A stretch of 64,000 bases of DNA, taken from Nitrospirota bacterium. Lineage in GTDB: Bacteria > UBA2233. The notes below the pieces were generated by a model. That model was not told the origin of the DNA. It made no database searches and saw only the letters and a program-made list of their open reading frames with translations. This document shows, piece by piece, positions 20,396 through 29,201 of the stretch. Each line of letters opens with the position of its first letter. Within the stretch, counting starts at the first letter, position 1. A program made the position numbers and the translations under genes. The DNA is taken from NCBI GenBank assembly GCA_011620345.1, contig WOZJ01000050.1, positions 66,495 through 130,494 on the forward strand, given 5' to 3'.

Positions 20396-22063
20396 ATGGG
20401 GAGGCTTAGGTTTCTTTGGGGGTTCTTTGCGTTTATGTTTGCATTCTCGTATTTTGGGTCACTGGCTGAGGTTTTCGCCTTGGGCCCTCTCATGCAAGGA
20501 GTAGCTTCGAGTGCCTTTAACGCCCTGCCAGGAACGCTCTCGGTACCAGGGCTCCATTTCGAGACAAAGACGTTTACCGTCAAAGCGCTGGATGGCGCGG
20601 AACTTCCAGGGCACGTACTGGTTCCAAAAAACGTTTCTCCAGGTCAACGCTTGCCCGTGATTTTATTCGTCCATTCTTGGCTGTTAAACCAGATCGAGTA
20701 CGTTACCCAAGAGGTACAATTTGCGAGCAAGGGCTACATCGTAGGTAGCTACGATTGCAGGGGCTGGTATGCCGGTCAGGGCAAAATTCAGGTGACTGGT
20801 CCCGCCGAGATGGACGATTTAAGCCGCGTGCTCGATCATATCTTAAGCATTCCGTCGGCGGACTCCGGCAATGTTGGAGTGGTGGGTATTTCCTACGGCG
20901 GCGGCCATGCCCTGCTGGCCCCGGCCTTCGATGAACGCGTTAAAGTCGTGTACAGCATGAGCGGCTGGGCCGACCTTCAAGACGCTCTTGTTCCCTACGA
21001 TTCGGGCAAGGGGCTGTGGGATTTGATGCTCGTGGGCTCTGCCCAGATGATCGCAAACCCTGATCCGATGCTTTGGGGATGGATATCCTCTTTCCTTACC
21101 GGCGGGCCCAGCGAGCGCGATGCGACCAAGGATGACTTACGCCGCCGTTCGGCCAAGACGTACGTGGACAAGATTAACGCCAAGGGAACGCCCGTTTACA
21201 TTCAGAACAACATCAACGATGATTTGTTCACCTCCAGGCAGATGGTTGATTTTTTTTCAAGCCTAAACGTTCCCAAAAAACTGGCATTTTTAAACGGCGT
21301 ACACGCGACTGGCGAGGCGCCGGGGCTGCTTTTTATGTCTAGCTTTGCCTGGAATCAGGCCCATAAATGGTTCGATTACTGGCTTAAGGGCGTTCCAACG
21401 GGCATCATGGAAGAGCCTGATGTGCACGTGTACACCAAATGGAACGATTCCTTAGCAGCGTTCGATGACCTTCCGCTCAACGATTCAGCGATGAATATGG
21501 TCGTGAGCGATGAGGGGCTCCGAGAGGGGAGGGCCGCTTCAAGCAAAACCTACAGACTCGAGAATCGTGTGGGCATCTCGGATACGAACTCCGGCATTTT
21601 TATGACTACGCCGCTTATGTACTCGTATTTTGGCCTGCCCGTAACACAAGGGCCGAAGGTCGCGGGGAATTCGATCGACTGGGATACGATCGCGTTTTCT
21701 ACCCCTGTTACGTTCATGGGAATTCCAGAAGTCAAGGTGAACGTCAGGACGGATTCAGAAACCTTTCAGGTAAACGCCTTTCTTTGGGATGTTGACCCCT
21801 CTGGTAGGGCGAGCATGCTTTTGCACGAGGCATACACCAAGTTTGAGGCGACACCCGGATCGGTCTATCCCGTTGACATCAGAATGAACCTTTTAGCCCA
21901 AAAACTAGGGGCAGGCCATAAACTGCGCCTAACGCTTAGCACCTCAGACCCGGCCTTTGCCTTGAGCGTCCTTCAACCATTCACGCTAGAGGTCCTTTCC
22001 GGTCAAGATGGACCCATTAGCTTAACGCTACCCGTAATGGGCGGACAAAGGAGCGCGCAATGA
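20396..22063 (+). CDS. secreted CocE/NonD-family hydrolase (X-Pro dipeptidyl-peptidase S15-like alpha/beta hydrolase)
   Basis: Signal peptide MGRLRFLWGFFAFMFAFSYFGSLAEVFA. ...YDCRGWYAGQG..., nucleophile elbow GISYGG, and a C-terminal beta-sandwich domain. The upstream region is AT-rich. Confidence 0.75.
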   Translation: MGRLRFLWGFFAFMFAFSYFGSLAEVFALGPLMQGVASSAFNALPGTLSVPGLHFETKTFTVKALDGAELPGHVLVPKNVSPGQRLPVILFVHSWLLNQIEYVTQEVQFASKGYIVGSYDCRGWYAGQGKIQVTGPAEMDDLSRVLDHILSIPSADSGNVGVVGISYGGGHALLAPAFDERVKVVYSMSGWADLQDALVPYDSGKGLWDLMLVGSAQMIANPDPMLWGWISSFLTGGPSERDATKDDLRRRSAKTYVDKINAKGTPVYIQNNINDDLFTSRQMVDFFSSLNVPKKLAFLNGVHATGEAPGLLFMSSFAWNQAHKWFDYWLKGVPTGIMEEPDVHVYTKWNDSLAAFDDLPLNDSAMNMVVSDEGLREGRAASSKTYRLENRVGISDTNSGIFMTTPLMYSYFGLPVTQGPKVAGNSIDWDTIAFSTPVTFMGIPEVKVNVRTDSETFQVNAFLWDVDPSGRASMLLHEAYTKFEATPGSVYPVDIRMNLLAQKLGAGHKLRLTLSTSDPAFALSVLQPFTLEVLSGQDGPISLTLPVMGGQRSAQ

Positions 22064-22242
22064 ACCTAACGCTTACGTTCCTCGACCCCGTGAAGGCATT
22101 GATCGAGATGGTGTTCGGTTCCCTTGGGACGGTGATGGTCCCAAGCGCGCCTGCATTCTCTTCGGTGTATACGCTTATGGGGCCGGTTATGCTAGGCCTC
22201 CAGCTGGGCCTAGGCCAAATCCTCTCGATGCTCGGGCTGTAA
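22060..22242 (+). CDS. small hydrophobic protein (60 aa), translationally coupled to the hydrolase
   Basis: ATGA overlap with the hydrolase stop. Two predicted TM segments (…VFGSLGTVMV… and …LMGPVMLGLQLGLGQILSMLGL) and Gly-rich. Could be spurious. Confidence 0.35.
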   Translation: MNLTLTFLDPVKALIEMVFGSLGTVMVPSAPAFSSVYTLMGPVMLGLQLGLGQILSMLGL

Positions 22243-22263
22243 GCGGCCCTTTCAGTTCAGATC

Positions 22264-22290
22264 AAAAAGGGGGCCAAAGGCCCCCTTTTT
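22264..22290. terminator. bidirectional intrinsic terminator
   Basis: AAAAA-GGGGGCC-aaa-GGCCCCC-TTTTT: a perfect palindromic hairpin with A-tract and T-tract. It sits between the convergent + strand hydrolase operon (ends 22242) and the - strand korB (ends 22515). Confidence 0.7.
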
Positions 22291-22514
22291 GATCTTGGTC
22301 TCTGAAGCGCAAGAATAGCCTAATCTTTCAAGCTCCGGGGGGGACAGAAATGTCCAGCCTATCATTTGACAGTAGATGGCAATAATCCGTTCCCAGCCCT
22401 ATTAAAGCGAAGCCCAAGGCTTTTCGCCCCGGCAATAGGCCTGCAAATGTGGGGAGGAAACCCCGCCATCCTGAATGGGCAACCCCGATCATAGCGATTC
22501 TCATATCCAAGCTT

Positions 22515-23540
22515 CTAGTTGATCGTCCAGGTCTCGAGCCCGTCGAACAGCGCCATGAAAGAGTTGTCCTTCGCTTTGGCTTTTGCTTTCTTGACTTGAC
22601 CGTCTAGGATTTCGTCGTAGGCTGGGCTTTGAACGTTTCTAAAAATGCCCATAGGAACGGGAAATTCCGGGTAGGTCATGCCAGAGACTAGGAAGGCATA
22701 CGCCGGGTCTTGGAGCCCTGATTTATGAACGAGAAGGCGCTCTTTTGGGGCCTCAGAGGCGGGGACGACCCTTGGCGACATTTCCTCTGAAATAACGGCA
22801 TTTTCTTTGTCTTTGCCGAACAGAAGCGGCTGGCCTTCTTCTAGGTATAGCAAGTGGTCGGGCCTCGATTCCTTGGAAACGATCGGGTCAAACACAGAGT
22901 CGTTAAAGACTACGCAATTCTGCCAAATCTCGATAAAGGCGGAGCCTTTGTGCAACGCCGCCTCTTTCAAAATAGCCTGGAGGTGCGGTCCGTCGACATC
23001 GAACGCCCTCGCCACGAACGTCGCTCCGGCGCCCAAGGCAAGCCGAAGCGGGGAGAACGGGTAGTCTGGAACTCCGTAGGGGGATGATTTGGTAACCTGC
23101 CCCATTTGCGTGGTGGGAGAGTATTGTCCCTTCGTAAGGCCGTATATTTCGTTGTTGAACATGACGATCTTGAGGTCCAAGTTCCTACGGAGCGCATGGA
23201 TCAAATGGTTCCCCCCTATGCTCATGGCGTCTCCGTCGCCCGTCATCACCCAGACGCTCAACTTTGGGTTTGCAAGCTTCACGCCCGTGGCGACCGCCGG
23301 TGCCCTGCCGTGGATGCTGTGGAGCCCGTAGGTGTTCATGTAGTAAGGGAAACGGCTCGAGCATCCTATCCCCGATACGAAAACAAAGTTCTCTCTGGGG
23401 GTGTTCAACTCAGGAAGTATCTTTTGGATGCTTGCCAGGATGGCGTAATCTCCGCAGCCGGGACACCACTTCACCTCCCCGCCTGGAATAAGATCTTTTC
23501 TCGTGAACTTCGGTATGGATGCCGATTCCTGCATTTTCAT
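22515..23540 (-). CDS. korB: 2-oxoglutarate:ferredoxin oxidoreductase beta subunit (TPP-binding), two-subunit Kor type
   Basis: ...WCPGCGDYAIL..., ...GIGCSSRFPYYMNTYGLHSIHGRAPAVATG..., GDGDAMSIGGNHLIHALRRN (TPP/Mg-binding GDGx motif). Confidence 0.85.
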   Translation of the reverse strand: MKMQESASIPKFTRKDLIPGGEVKWCPGCGDYAILASIQKILPELNTPRENFVFVSGIGCSSRFPYYMNTYGLHSIHGRAPAVATGVKLANPKLSVWVMTGDGDAMSIGGNHLIHALRRNLDLKIVMFNNEIYGLTKGQYSPTTQMGQVTKSSPYGVPDYPFSPLRLALGAGATFVARAFDVDGPHLQAILKEAALHKGSAFIEIWQNCVVFNDSVFDPIVSKESRPDHLLYLEEGQPLLFGKDKENAVISEEMSPRVVPASEAPKERLLVHKSGLQDPAYAFLVSGMTYPEFPVPMGIFRNVQSPAYDEILDGQVKKAKAKAKDNSFMALFDGLETWTIN

Positions 23541-25402
23541 GCAACGACTCCTTCAAAAACTTGGTGGACAAATTCTACGATCTCTTGCGCTCGTATAGGA
23601 ACCCCTAGGACACGATTGAACGGGATGGTCTCGATCAAATACGTTGCCCGGAGGATTCTGGAGAGCTGGCCAAGGTTAATTTCGGGGACGATCACTTTTT
23701 TGAAGCGCTTGAGGACCTCGCCCAAGTTCCCAGGCAACGGGTTTAGGTAGCTCAAATGGACCTGGGCGACGGGAATGCCGCTACGGTTAAGCTCATCGAC
23801 GCTCTGGGCGATCGCCCCGAACGTCGAACCCCACCCGACCAAAGCCACCTCAGAGTCGGGGCTGCCTAGCACCTCGACGTCGGGAATGTCTTGCTGAACC
23901 CTGGCGATCTTCTCTTGCCTCGTAAGAACCATTTTCTCGTGATTGTCGGCATCGTAGCTTACGCATCCTGTCAAGGAGTCTTTTTCAAGGCCTCCAATTC
24001 GGTGTTCCAGGCCCGGCGTTCCGGGAATCGCCCACGGCCTTGCAAGGGTTTTCGGATCCCGCAGATAGGGGTAAAAGCCGTTCGGGTCCGTTCGTAACTG
24101 AACTTTTATCTCGGGAAGTTCGTTGGGGCTAGGGATGCGAAATGGCTCCGAGCCGTTTGCCAGGTAGCTGTCCGAGAGGACAATTACGGGGATCATGTAC
24201 TTGGTGGCGATTCTGACAGCCTCGTATGCCATGTGGAAACAATCGGCCGAGTTCTTCGCGGCCAGGACGACGACTGGGGCCTCGCCATGCCGGCCGTAGA
24301 TGGCCTGCATGAGGTCGGATTGCTCGGTCTTGGTCGGCAATCCTGTCGATGGCCCACCCCTTTGGACGTCCACGATGACTAACGGGATCTCAAGCATGAG
24401 GGCAAGACCAAGCGCTTCTTGTTTGAGCGACAAGCCAGGACCGGAAGTGGACGTTGCAGCGATCATTCCAGCAAAGCTAGCCCCGATGGCCGAGCAAATA
24501 CCCGCAATTTCATCTTCAGCCTGGAAGGTGACAACATTTAGGTGCTTTAGCTTGGCCAGCTCATGAAGAATTTCTGATGCGGGCGTGATCGGATAGCTGC
24601 CTAAAAACAGCTCAAGCCCGGCCTGCTTTGCAGCCGCGACAAGCCCGTAAGCAATGGCTTGATTGCCTGTTAAATTAGTGTACAACCCTGGGTTCATCCT
24701 TGCCCGAGGAATATCGTAGAGAGGGAAAGCGCTAAAAATTTCGGCGTTTTCTCCGTAACGATAGCCCGCCACAAGGGTCTTTTCGTTTGCCTCCATAATG
24801 GCAGGATTCTTGGCAAACTTCTTTTTGATCCAGTCGATCGTGGGCTCGATTTTCCGGTTGAACATCCAAGAAATTAGGCCGAGCGCGAAGAAATTCTTGC
24901 AGCGCTCCGCTTGGGCCGGGGTTAAGCCTAGGTCGTTTACGGCAAGCTGGGTAAGCTTGGTGATCTCGACCTCGTAGAGGCGGTAGCTGGACTTGATACG
25001 GTCCAAGTCTTCCTTGGTCAAACCGGCCTTTTGGAGGTTACGCTCTGTAAGGCTCGAGGTGTTCAAAAGCACGATTCCGCCATCTTTGAGCCCCTTGAGG
25101 CCTACTTTGAGGGCTGCGGGGTTCATGGCGACGAGGACGTCTGGGTTGTCTCCTGGCGTGTAAACATCGGATGCCCCGATCTGGAGCTGAAACCCGCTTA
25201 CGCCGTTCAGGGTTCCAATCGGGGCCCGGATTTCTGCGGGATAATCTGGAAAGGTGGCTAGGTCGTTTCCCATCCAGGCGGCTTCCGTTGCAAAAAGGTT
25301 CCCTATCAGCTGCATGCCGTCGCCGGAGTCGCCCGCAAAGCGTACGGTAACTTTGTTGACAATCGTGCGTTCTTGGCTTGCAAGGCCCGAATCGGATGGC
25401 AT
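23537..25402 (-). CDS. korA: 2-oxoglutarate:ferredoxin oxidoreductase alpha subunit (gamma-alpha fusion), Kor type
   Basis: N-terminal gamma-like domain ...VRFAGDSGDGMQLIGNLFA... followed by alpha domains ...GSYPITPASEILHELA.... Start at ATG 25402 with AAGGAGGAG RBS; the track start at 25450 is a TTG with no RBS. Confidence 0.85.
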   Translation of the reverse strand: MPSDSGLASQERTIVNKVTVRFAGDSGDGMQLIGNLFATEAAWMGNDLATFPDYPAEIRAPIGTLNGVSGFQLQIGASDVYTPGDNPDVLVAMNPAALKVGLKGLKDGGIVLLNTSSLTERNLQKAGLTKEDLDRIKSSYRLYEVEITKLTQLAVNDLGLTPAQAERCKNFFALGLISWMFNRKIEPTIDWIKKKFAKNPAIMEANEKTLVAGYRYGENAEIFSAFPLYDIPRARMNPGLYTNLTGNQAIAYGLVAAAKQAGLELFLGSYPITPASEILHELAKLKHLNVVTFQAEDEIAGICSAIGASFAGMIAATSTSGPGLSLKQEALGLALMLEIPLVIVDVQRGGPSTGLPTKTEQSDLMQAIYGRHGEAPVVVLAAKNSADCFHMAYEAVRIATKYMIPVIVLSDSYLANGSEPFRIPSPNELPEIKVQLRTDPNGFYPYLRDPKTLARPWAIPGTPGLEHRIGGLEKDSLTGCVSYDADNHEKMVLTRQEKIARVQQDIPDVEVLGSPDSEVALVGWGSTFGAIAQSVDELNRSGIPVAQVHLSYLNPLPGNLGEVLKRFKKVIVPEINLGQLSRILRATYLIETIPFNRVLGVPIRAQEIVEFVHQVFEGVVA

Positions 25403-25450
25403 ATCGCTCCTCCTTAAAGGATTGAGGCGGGAAGCCCGCTTATGAGACAA

Positions 25451-25474
25451 GGAGCGGCCTCCATAGGCCGCTCC
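25451..25474 (-). promoter_or_regulatory. stable hairpin at the oor-kor junction (oor terminator and/or 5' leader of kor) adjacent to a TATAAT box
   Basis: GGAGCGGCC-tccata-GGCCGCTCC (9-bp stem). A minus-strand TATAAT sits at 25480-25485, immediately upstream of the hairpin. It lies about 50-70 nt upstream of the korA start. Confidence 0.4.
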
Positions 25475-25609
25475 TTTCTATTATACAACCAAACGCACGG
25501 AAAAAAAGAGTATCGACACCTCTTACGGAAGGATTGGCCGCAAATCGCTGCCTTTTTGTTTCTTTTCTAAAATGCCAGCCAGACTTGCTTTGCGGCGAGG
25601 TGGCACGAT

Positions 25610-26164
25610 TTAGTTCGCCACGTAGCGTTCGAGCCCGTAGGTGTATCCCATCTCGAACGCCTTGAGGTTTAGAGCCTCCGTCCCTTTGGGGACTGAGCTT
25701 TCCACCGCCTGCTTCATCGCATCCTTCGAGACAATACCTGTGGTTGCAGTGAGAAACCCTAGCATGACGATATTCGTGACCATCCTGCGGCCGGCCTCCT
25801 CGGCTAGCCGGGTTGCTGGAATGGCGAACGTTCGTAGTGCGGGTAAGGCTTTTTCAAGCTTGACGAGCTCTTCTTCGATTAGGAGCGTTCCTTCGGGCTT
25901 GAGAGAGCTGGCGTATACATTATAGGCCTCCTGCGACATGGCTACGAGAATGTCTGCTTGTGTCGTGTAAGGATAGAGAACCTTCCCCTCTTCGAGCACA
26001 ACCTGGGCACTACAAGCGCCTCCCCTGGCCTCAGGTCCAAAGCTCTGCGTCATGGCGGCTTCTTTCCCCTCGAACAGGGCCCAGGCCTTTCCTAAGATGA
26101 TGCCCATCAAGATGACGCCCTGACCGCCGAACCCAGCAATCCGTATTTCGATGCGTTTATCCAT
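25610..26164 (-). CDS. 2-oxoacid:ferredoxin oxidoreductase gamma subunit
   Basis: ...IRIAGFGGQGVILMG... is the gamma-subunit N-terminus. 184 aa. Confidence 0.85.
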   Translation of the reverse strand: MDKRIEIRIAGFGGQGVILMGIILGKAWALFEGKEAAMTQSFGPEARGGACSAQVVLEEGKVLYPYTTQADILVAMSQEAYNVYASSLKPEGTLLIEEELVKLEKALPALRTFAIPATRLAEEAGRRMVTNIVMLGFLTATTGIVSKDAMKQAVESSVPKGTEALNLKAFEMGYTYGLERYVAN

Positions 26165-26167
26165 TGC

Positions 26168-27049
26168 CTATGCCCCCGCGACTGCTTGTTTTCCGCCCTT
26201 TAGCAGGCCTGCGTAGTGCTCTTGGTAGGCGTCGTAGTACTCCTTTTTCTCGATGTCGAGAAACTTGCCGATCGTGACCTTGTCCTGGTGTCGAAGGTCT
26301 ATGCCGACATCTTTGGTATCGGCCCCGTTTTGTATCACGCAGTGCTCCTTGTAGTATTTCAGCTCTTCGACGGCCCCGCCAAGGCGATTGCGTCTTAAGT
26401 AAATTGTGGGGCAGGGGGCAAGGATTTCCACGAACGAAAACCCTTTTTTCTGAAGTGCTTCCAGTATGGCCTTTTTGGTCTGGACGACGTGGTAGGCAGT
26501 CCACCTGGCCACGTAAACGGCCCCGGAAGAAGCGGCGAGGTGGGGGAGGTTGAACGGCTCCTCAAACACGCCATACGGGGCAGTCGTTTCTATGCTTTCT
26601 TTTGGGGCCGTCGGTGTTGCTTGGCCTCCCGTCATCGCGTAGGTGAAGTTGTTTACCAGGATGACCGTGAGGTCAAGGTTGCGTCTTGCCGCGTGGATAA
26701 AGTGGTTCCCCCCGATACCGGCGAGGTCGCCGTCGCCGGAGTACACGACGACATGGAGTTTTGGGTTGGAGAGCTTAAGCCCCGTTGCGAACGGGATGGC
26801 CCTGCCGTGGGTTGTGTGGAACGAATCGAGCTTCAGGTAACCCGCAACCCGGCCCGTGCATCCTATCCCTGAGACGATGGCAAGCTCATCGAGCGGGATA
26901 CCGCAGTCCATGACCGCCCTGGCAAAGCAGTTGACGGTCGTCCCGATGCCGCAACCAGGACACCAGATATGAGGCATGCGTTCCGTCCGTAAGAAGGGAA
27001 CAACCGGGTTGAGCGGTAGAGTGCATTCGGTGGAATCGTTCGAATTCAT
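26168..27049 (-). CDS. 2-oxoacid:ferredoxin oxidoreductase beta subunit (TPP-binding)
   Basis: ...WCPGCGIG..., ...SGIGCTGRVAGY..., GDGDLAGIGGNHFIHAARRN. Confidence 0.9.
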   Translation of the reverse strand: MNSNDSTECTLPLNPVVPFLRTERMPHIWCPGCGIGTTVNCFARAVMDCGIPLDELAIVSGIGCTGRVAGYLKLDSFHTTHGRAIPFATGLKLSNPKLHVVVYSGDGDLAGIGGNHFIHAARRNLDLTVILVNNFTYAMTGGQATPTAPKESIETTAPYGVFEEPFNLPHLAASSGAVYVARWTAYHVVQTKKAILEALQKKGFSFVEILAPCPTIYLRRNRLGGAVEELKYYKEHCVIQNGADTKDVGIDLRHQDKVTIGKFLDIEKKEYYDAYQEHYAGLLKGGKQAVAGA

Positions 27050-28227
27050 GAAAGGGCCTCCTTGATCGCATGAAAAATATCTTGAGGGTCATGAACGCCA
27101 CCGCCCGGATGACCTACTGGAACGACCGGGCAACGCCCCTGGACGGCGCGCTCGACTTCGTTGGCCACCTGGCCTCGCAGGTTAAGTTCGGGGACGACGA
27201 TTGCCCGAACCCGCGTAGCGAGCTCCTGGATGCGCTGGCCGGGGAAAGGCCATACCGTGATTAACCGAAAGAGGCCCGCTTGAATGCCATCTTGCTTGGC
27301 GAGTTCTATCGCCTTTAGTGCCACGCGCGCGGAAATTCCGTAGGAAATCACCGCGACTTCCGCGCCTTGAAGGTTGCGCTCTTCCCACTTCCATATTTTT
27401 GGGGCGTTTCGTTGGATCTTTTCGATAAGCCTTACGACGAGCTGTCTTTGGGTTGCAAGGGTGGTAGATGGGTAGCCTCGTTCGTCGTGCGTTAAGCCGG
27501 TTACGTGGAACCGGTAGCCGTCTCCCGCCTTGACCATTTCGGGAACGAGGTCCTCTCCGGGGGCGTAAGGGAGGAATTCTTCCGGGGGCTTTTTCGTAAA
27601 GCGCCGCCCGAGCACAGAAATTTCCCTTGCATCCGGAATGACAAGCTTCTCTGTCATGTGGCCGACACACTCGTCCATCATGAAAAACACGGGAACCCGG
27701 TAGGCTTCTGCAAGGTTAAAAGCCTCGATCATGAAATCAAAGCATTCCTGGACGCTTGAAGGACAGAGCGCGATCGCTTCGTAATCCCCGTGCGATCCAA
27801 AGCGGCACTGAAGCATGTCGCCTTGAGCGGGAAGCGTTGGAAGGCCGGTCGATGGGCCTGCGCGCTGGACATCGACAAAAACACATGGAGTCTCCGTCAT
27901 GGCGGCGTACCCCGTATGCTCCATCATGAGCGAAAACCCAGGGCCTGAGGTGACCGTCATGGCCTTGAGTCCTCCCCAAACCGCACCTTGCAGGCAGATG
28001 CTCGATGCGATCTCGTCTTCCATTTGGATGAACATGGCGCCTACGTGTGGCGCCCGTTCGGCGAAGCGTTCGACGATCTCGGTCGAGGGTGTGATTGGAT
28101 AGCCAGCGGCAAACCGACAACCGGCAGCGATCGCACCTTCGCAGGCAGCGTGGTTGCCATCCATAAAATGAGTGCCCGAAAGAACTGCCTCGGGCTCGGC
28201 ATGCTGGTAGAGAAGCTCAGCCATCAA
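27046..28227 (-). CDS. 2-oxoacid:ferredoxin oxidoreductase alpha subunit
   Basis: ...GNHAACEGAIAAGCRFAAGYPITPSTEI... is the alpha-subunit N-terminus. 393 aa. Confidence 0.9.
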   Translation of the reverse strand: MMAELLYQHAEPEAVLSGTHFMDGNHAACEGAIAAGCRFAAGYPITPSTEIVERFAERAPHVGAMFIQMEDEIASSICLQGAVWGGLKAMTVTSGPGFSLMMEHTGYAAMTETPCVFVDVQRAGPSTGLPTLPAQGDMLQCRFGSHGDYEAIALCPSSVQECFDFMIEAFNLAEAYRVPVFFMMDECVGHMTEKLVIPDAREISVLGRRFTKKPPEEFLPYAPGEDLVPEMVKAGDGYRFHVTGLTHDERGYPSTTLATQRQLVVRLIEKIQRNAPKIWKWEERNLQGAEVAVISYGISARVALKAIELAKQDGIQAGLFRLITVWPFPGQRIQELATRVRAIVVPELNLRGQVANEVERAVQGRCPVVPVGHPGGGVHDPQDIFHAIKEALS

Positions 28228-28469
28228 GACGCCTCCTTCATTTCACGCTTGAACGCGTAGATGGCAAAATCGGGACAGTACATGCCGCACAGATCGCACC
28301 CCGAACACTTTTCCGGATCTTTGAGCTCCGGGAAGTGGTAACCCTTTTGGTTGAAGGCGTCTGACATGGAAAGGACATGAACAGGACAGAATTCAACGCA
28401 AACGGTGCAACCTTTGCACCGTTCCTGGGTGATCATGACCACCCCTTCGAAGCGCCTTTTGCGCTGCAC
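28224..28469 (-). CDS. 2-oxoacid:ferredoxin oxidoreductase delta subunit (2x[4Fe-4S] ferredoxin)
   Basis: CKGCTVCVEFCP and CSGCDLCGMYCP clusters. GTG start at 28469 (RBS AAGGGGGA); the alternative ATG is at 28436. The operon order delta-alpha-beta-gamma matches oorDABC-type enzymes. Confidence 0.8.
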   Translation of the reverse strand: MQRKRRFEGVVMITQERCKGCTVCVEFCPVHVLSMSDAFNQKGYHFPELKDPEKCSGCDLCGMYCPDFAIYAFKREMKEAS

Positions 28470-28513
28470 GGTATTCCCCCTTACGTTATGGATGTTTTGT
28501 GGATAACCTGTTT

Positions 28514-28542
28514 AGTATACTCCATGGCGCATGGAACGCCAA
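28514..28542 (-). promoter_or_regulatory. candidate promoter of the oorDABC-like operon overlapping the TTAGTATACT element
   Basis: The minus strand reads TTGGCG-N17-TATACT. The -10 coincides with the palindromic element TTAGTATACTcc (28512-28523). A CCATG-cgc-CATGG inverted repeat lies in the spacer. Confidence 0.35.
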
Positions 28543-28559
28543 ACGGTAGAATGACCCGT

Positions 28560-29201
28560 TTAAAACGGCATACGTTCTTGGGAGGCCTTTTTTGCTGAGC
28601 GTCGTCGCTTGATCAAGAAAACGGCAAGGCTCGCGATTGCCGCGCCCACAAGCCCAAGTCCTGCCGATAGACTTAGATAGGCCTGAAAAGCTTCGTAAGA
28701 GCGGTAGAAGAAATACCCCATGAACGTGAGCGATGTTGCCCAAAGGAGGGCGCTGGCTAGCTCTACGACAAAGAACGCCGCTGCAGCCATGTGAAACATC
28801 CCGGCAAGCAGCGGTACGATGCACCGGAGCGGCCCGATGAATTTACCTAGAACAAGCGCCCAGACGCCGTAACGCGCGATGAAACGCTTGCCCATCTCGA
28901 AGGATTCGGGCCTTAGACTAGCCCTTTTGAGCAGCCAAGAGCTTTTCCTTCCGACAAAGAAGCTAAACGTATCCCCCAAGAAGGCCCCCAGGCTTGCGAC
29001 GAGAATCAGCCAGATGGGGCTGAACGCGCCGTGGAACGCCAGGAACCCAGCGACGACGAGCAAGACCGTTCCCGGAAAGGCGAGGCTCACGAACGCGAGC
29101 GATTCGGCAAACGAGAATGCGAACACGGCCAGATAACCTAGGTCTTGGTGGGCGCTTAGCCATTGGGTCAGCCCAGCAATCGTCACGGCGTAACCTTCCA
29201 A
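28560..29201 (-). CDS. DedA/SNARE-associated family membrane protein
   Basis: ...LAVFAFSFAESLAFVSLAFPGTVLLVVAGFLA... GDTFSFFVGRK... matches the DedA (TVP38/TMEM64) signature and TM layout. Confidence 0.8.
   Translation of the reverse strand: MEGYAVTIAGLTQWLSAHQDLGYLAVFAFSFAESLAFVSLAFPGTVLLVVAGFLAFHGAFSPIWLILVASLGAFLGDTFSFFVGRKSSWLLKRASLRPESFEMGKRFIARYGVWALVLGKFIGPLRCIVPLLAGMFHMAAAAFFVVELASALLWATSLTFMGYFFYRSYEAFQAYLSLSAGLGLVGAAIASLAVFLIKRRRSAKKASQERMPF

Noticed and set aside
22328-22510. 60-aa minus-strand ORF just downstream of the bidirectional terminator
   Set aside because: It sits between a terminator and the 3' end of korB with no RBS, and is most likely non-coding.
25585-25605. TGGCAC element suggestive of a sigma-54 -24 box (also one at about 52085-52100 upstream of purB)
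   Set aside because: The -12 TTGC element is missing at the correct spacing, and the first is on the wrong strand for korA. Not supported.
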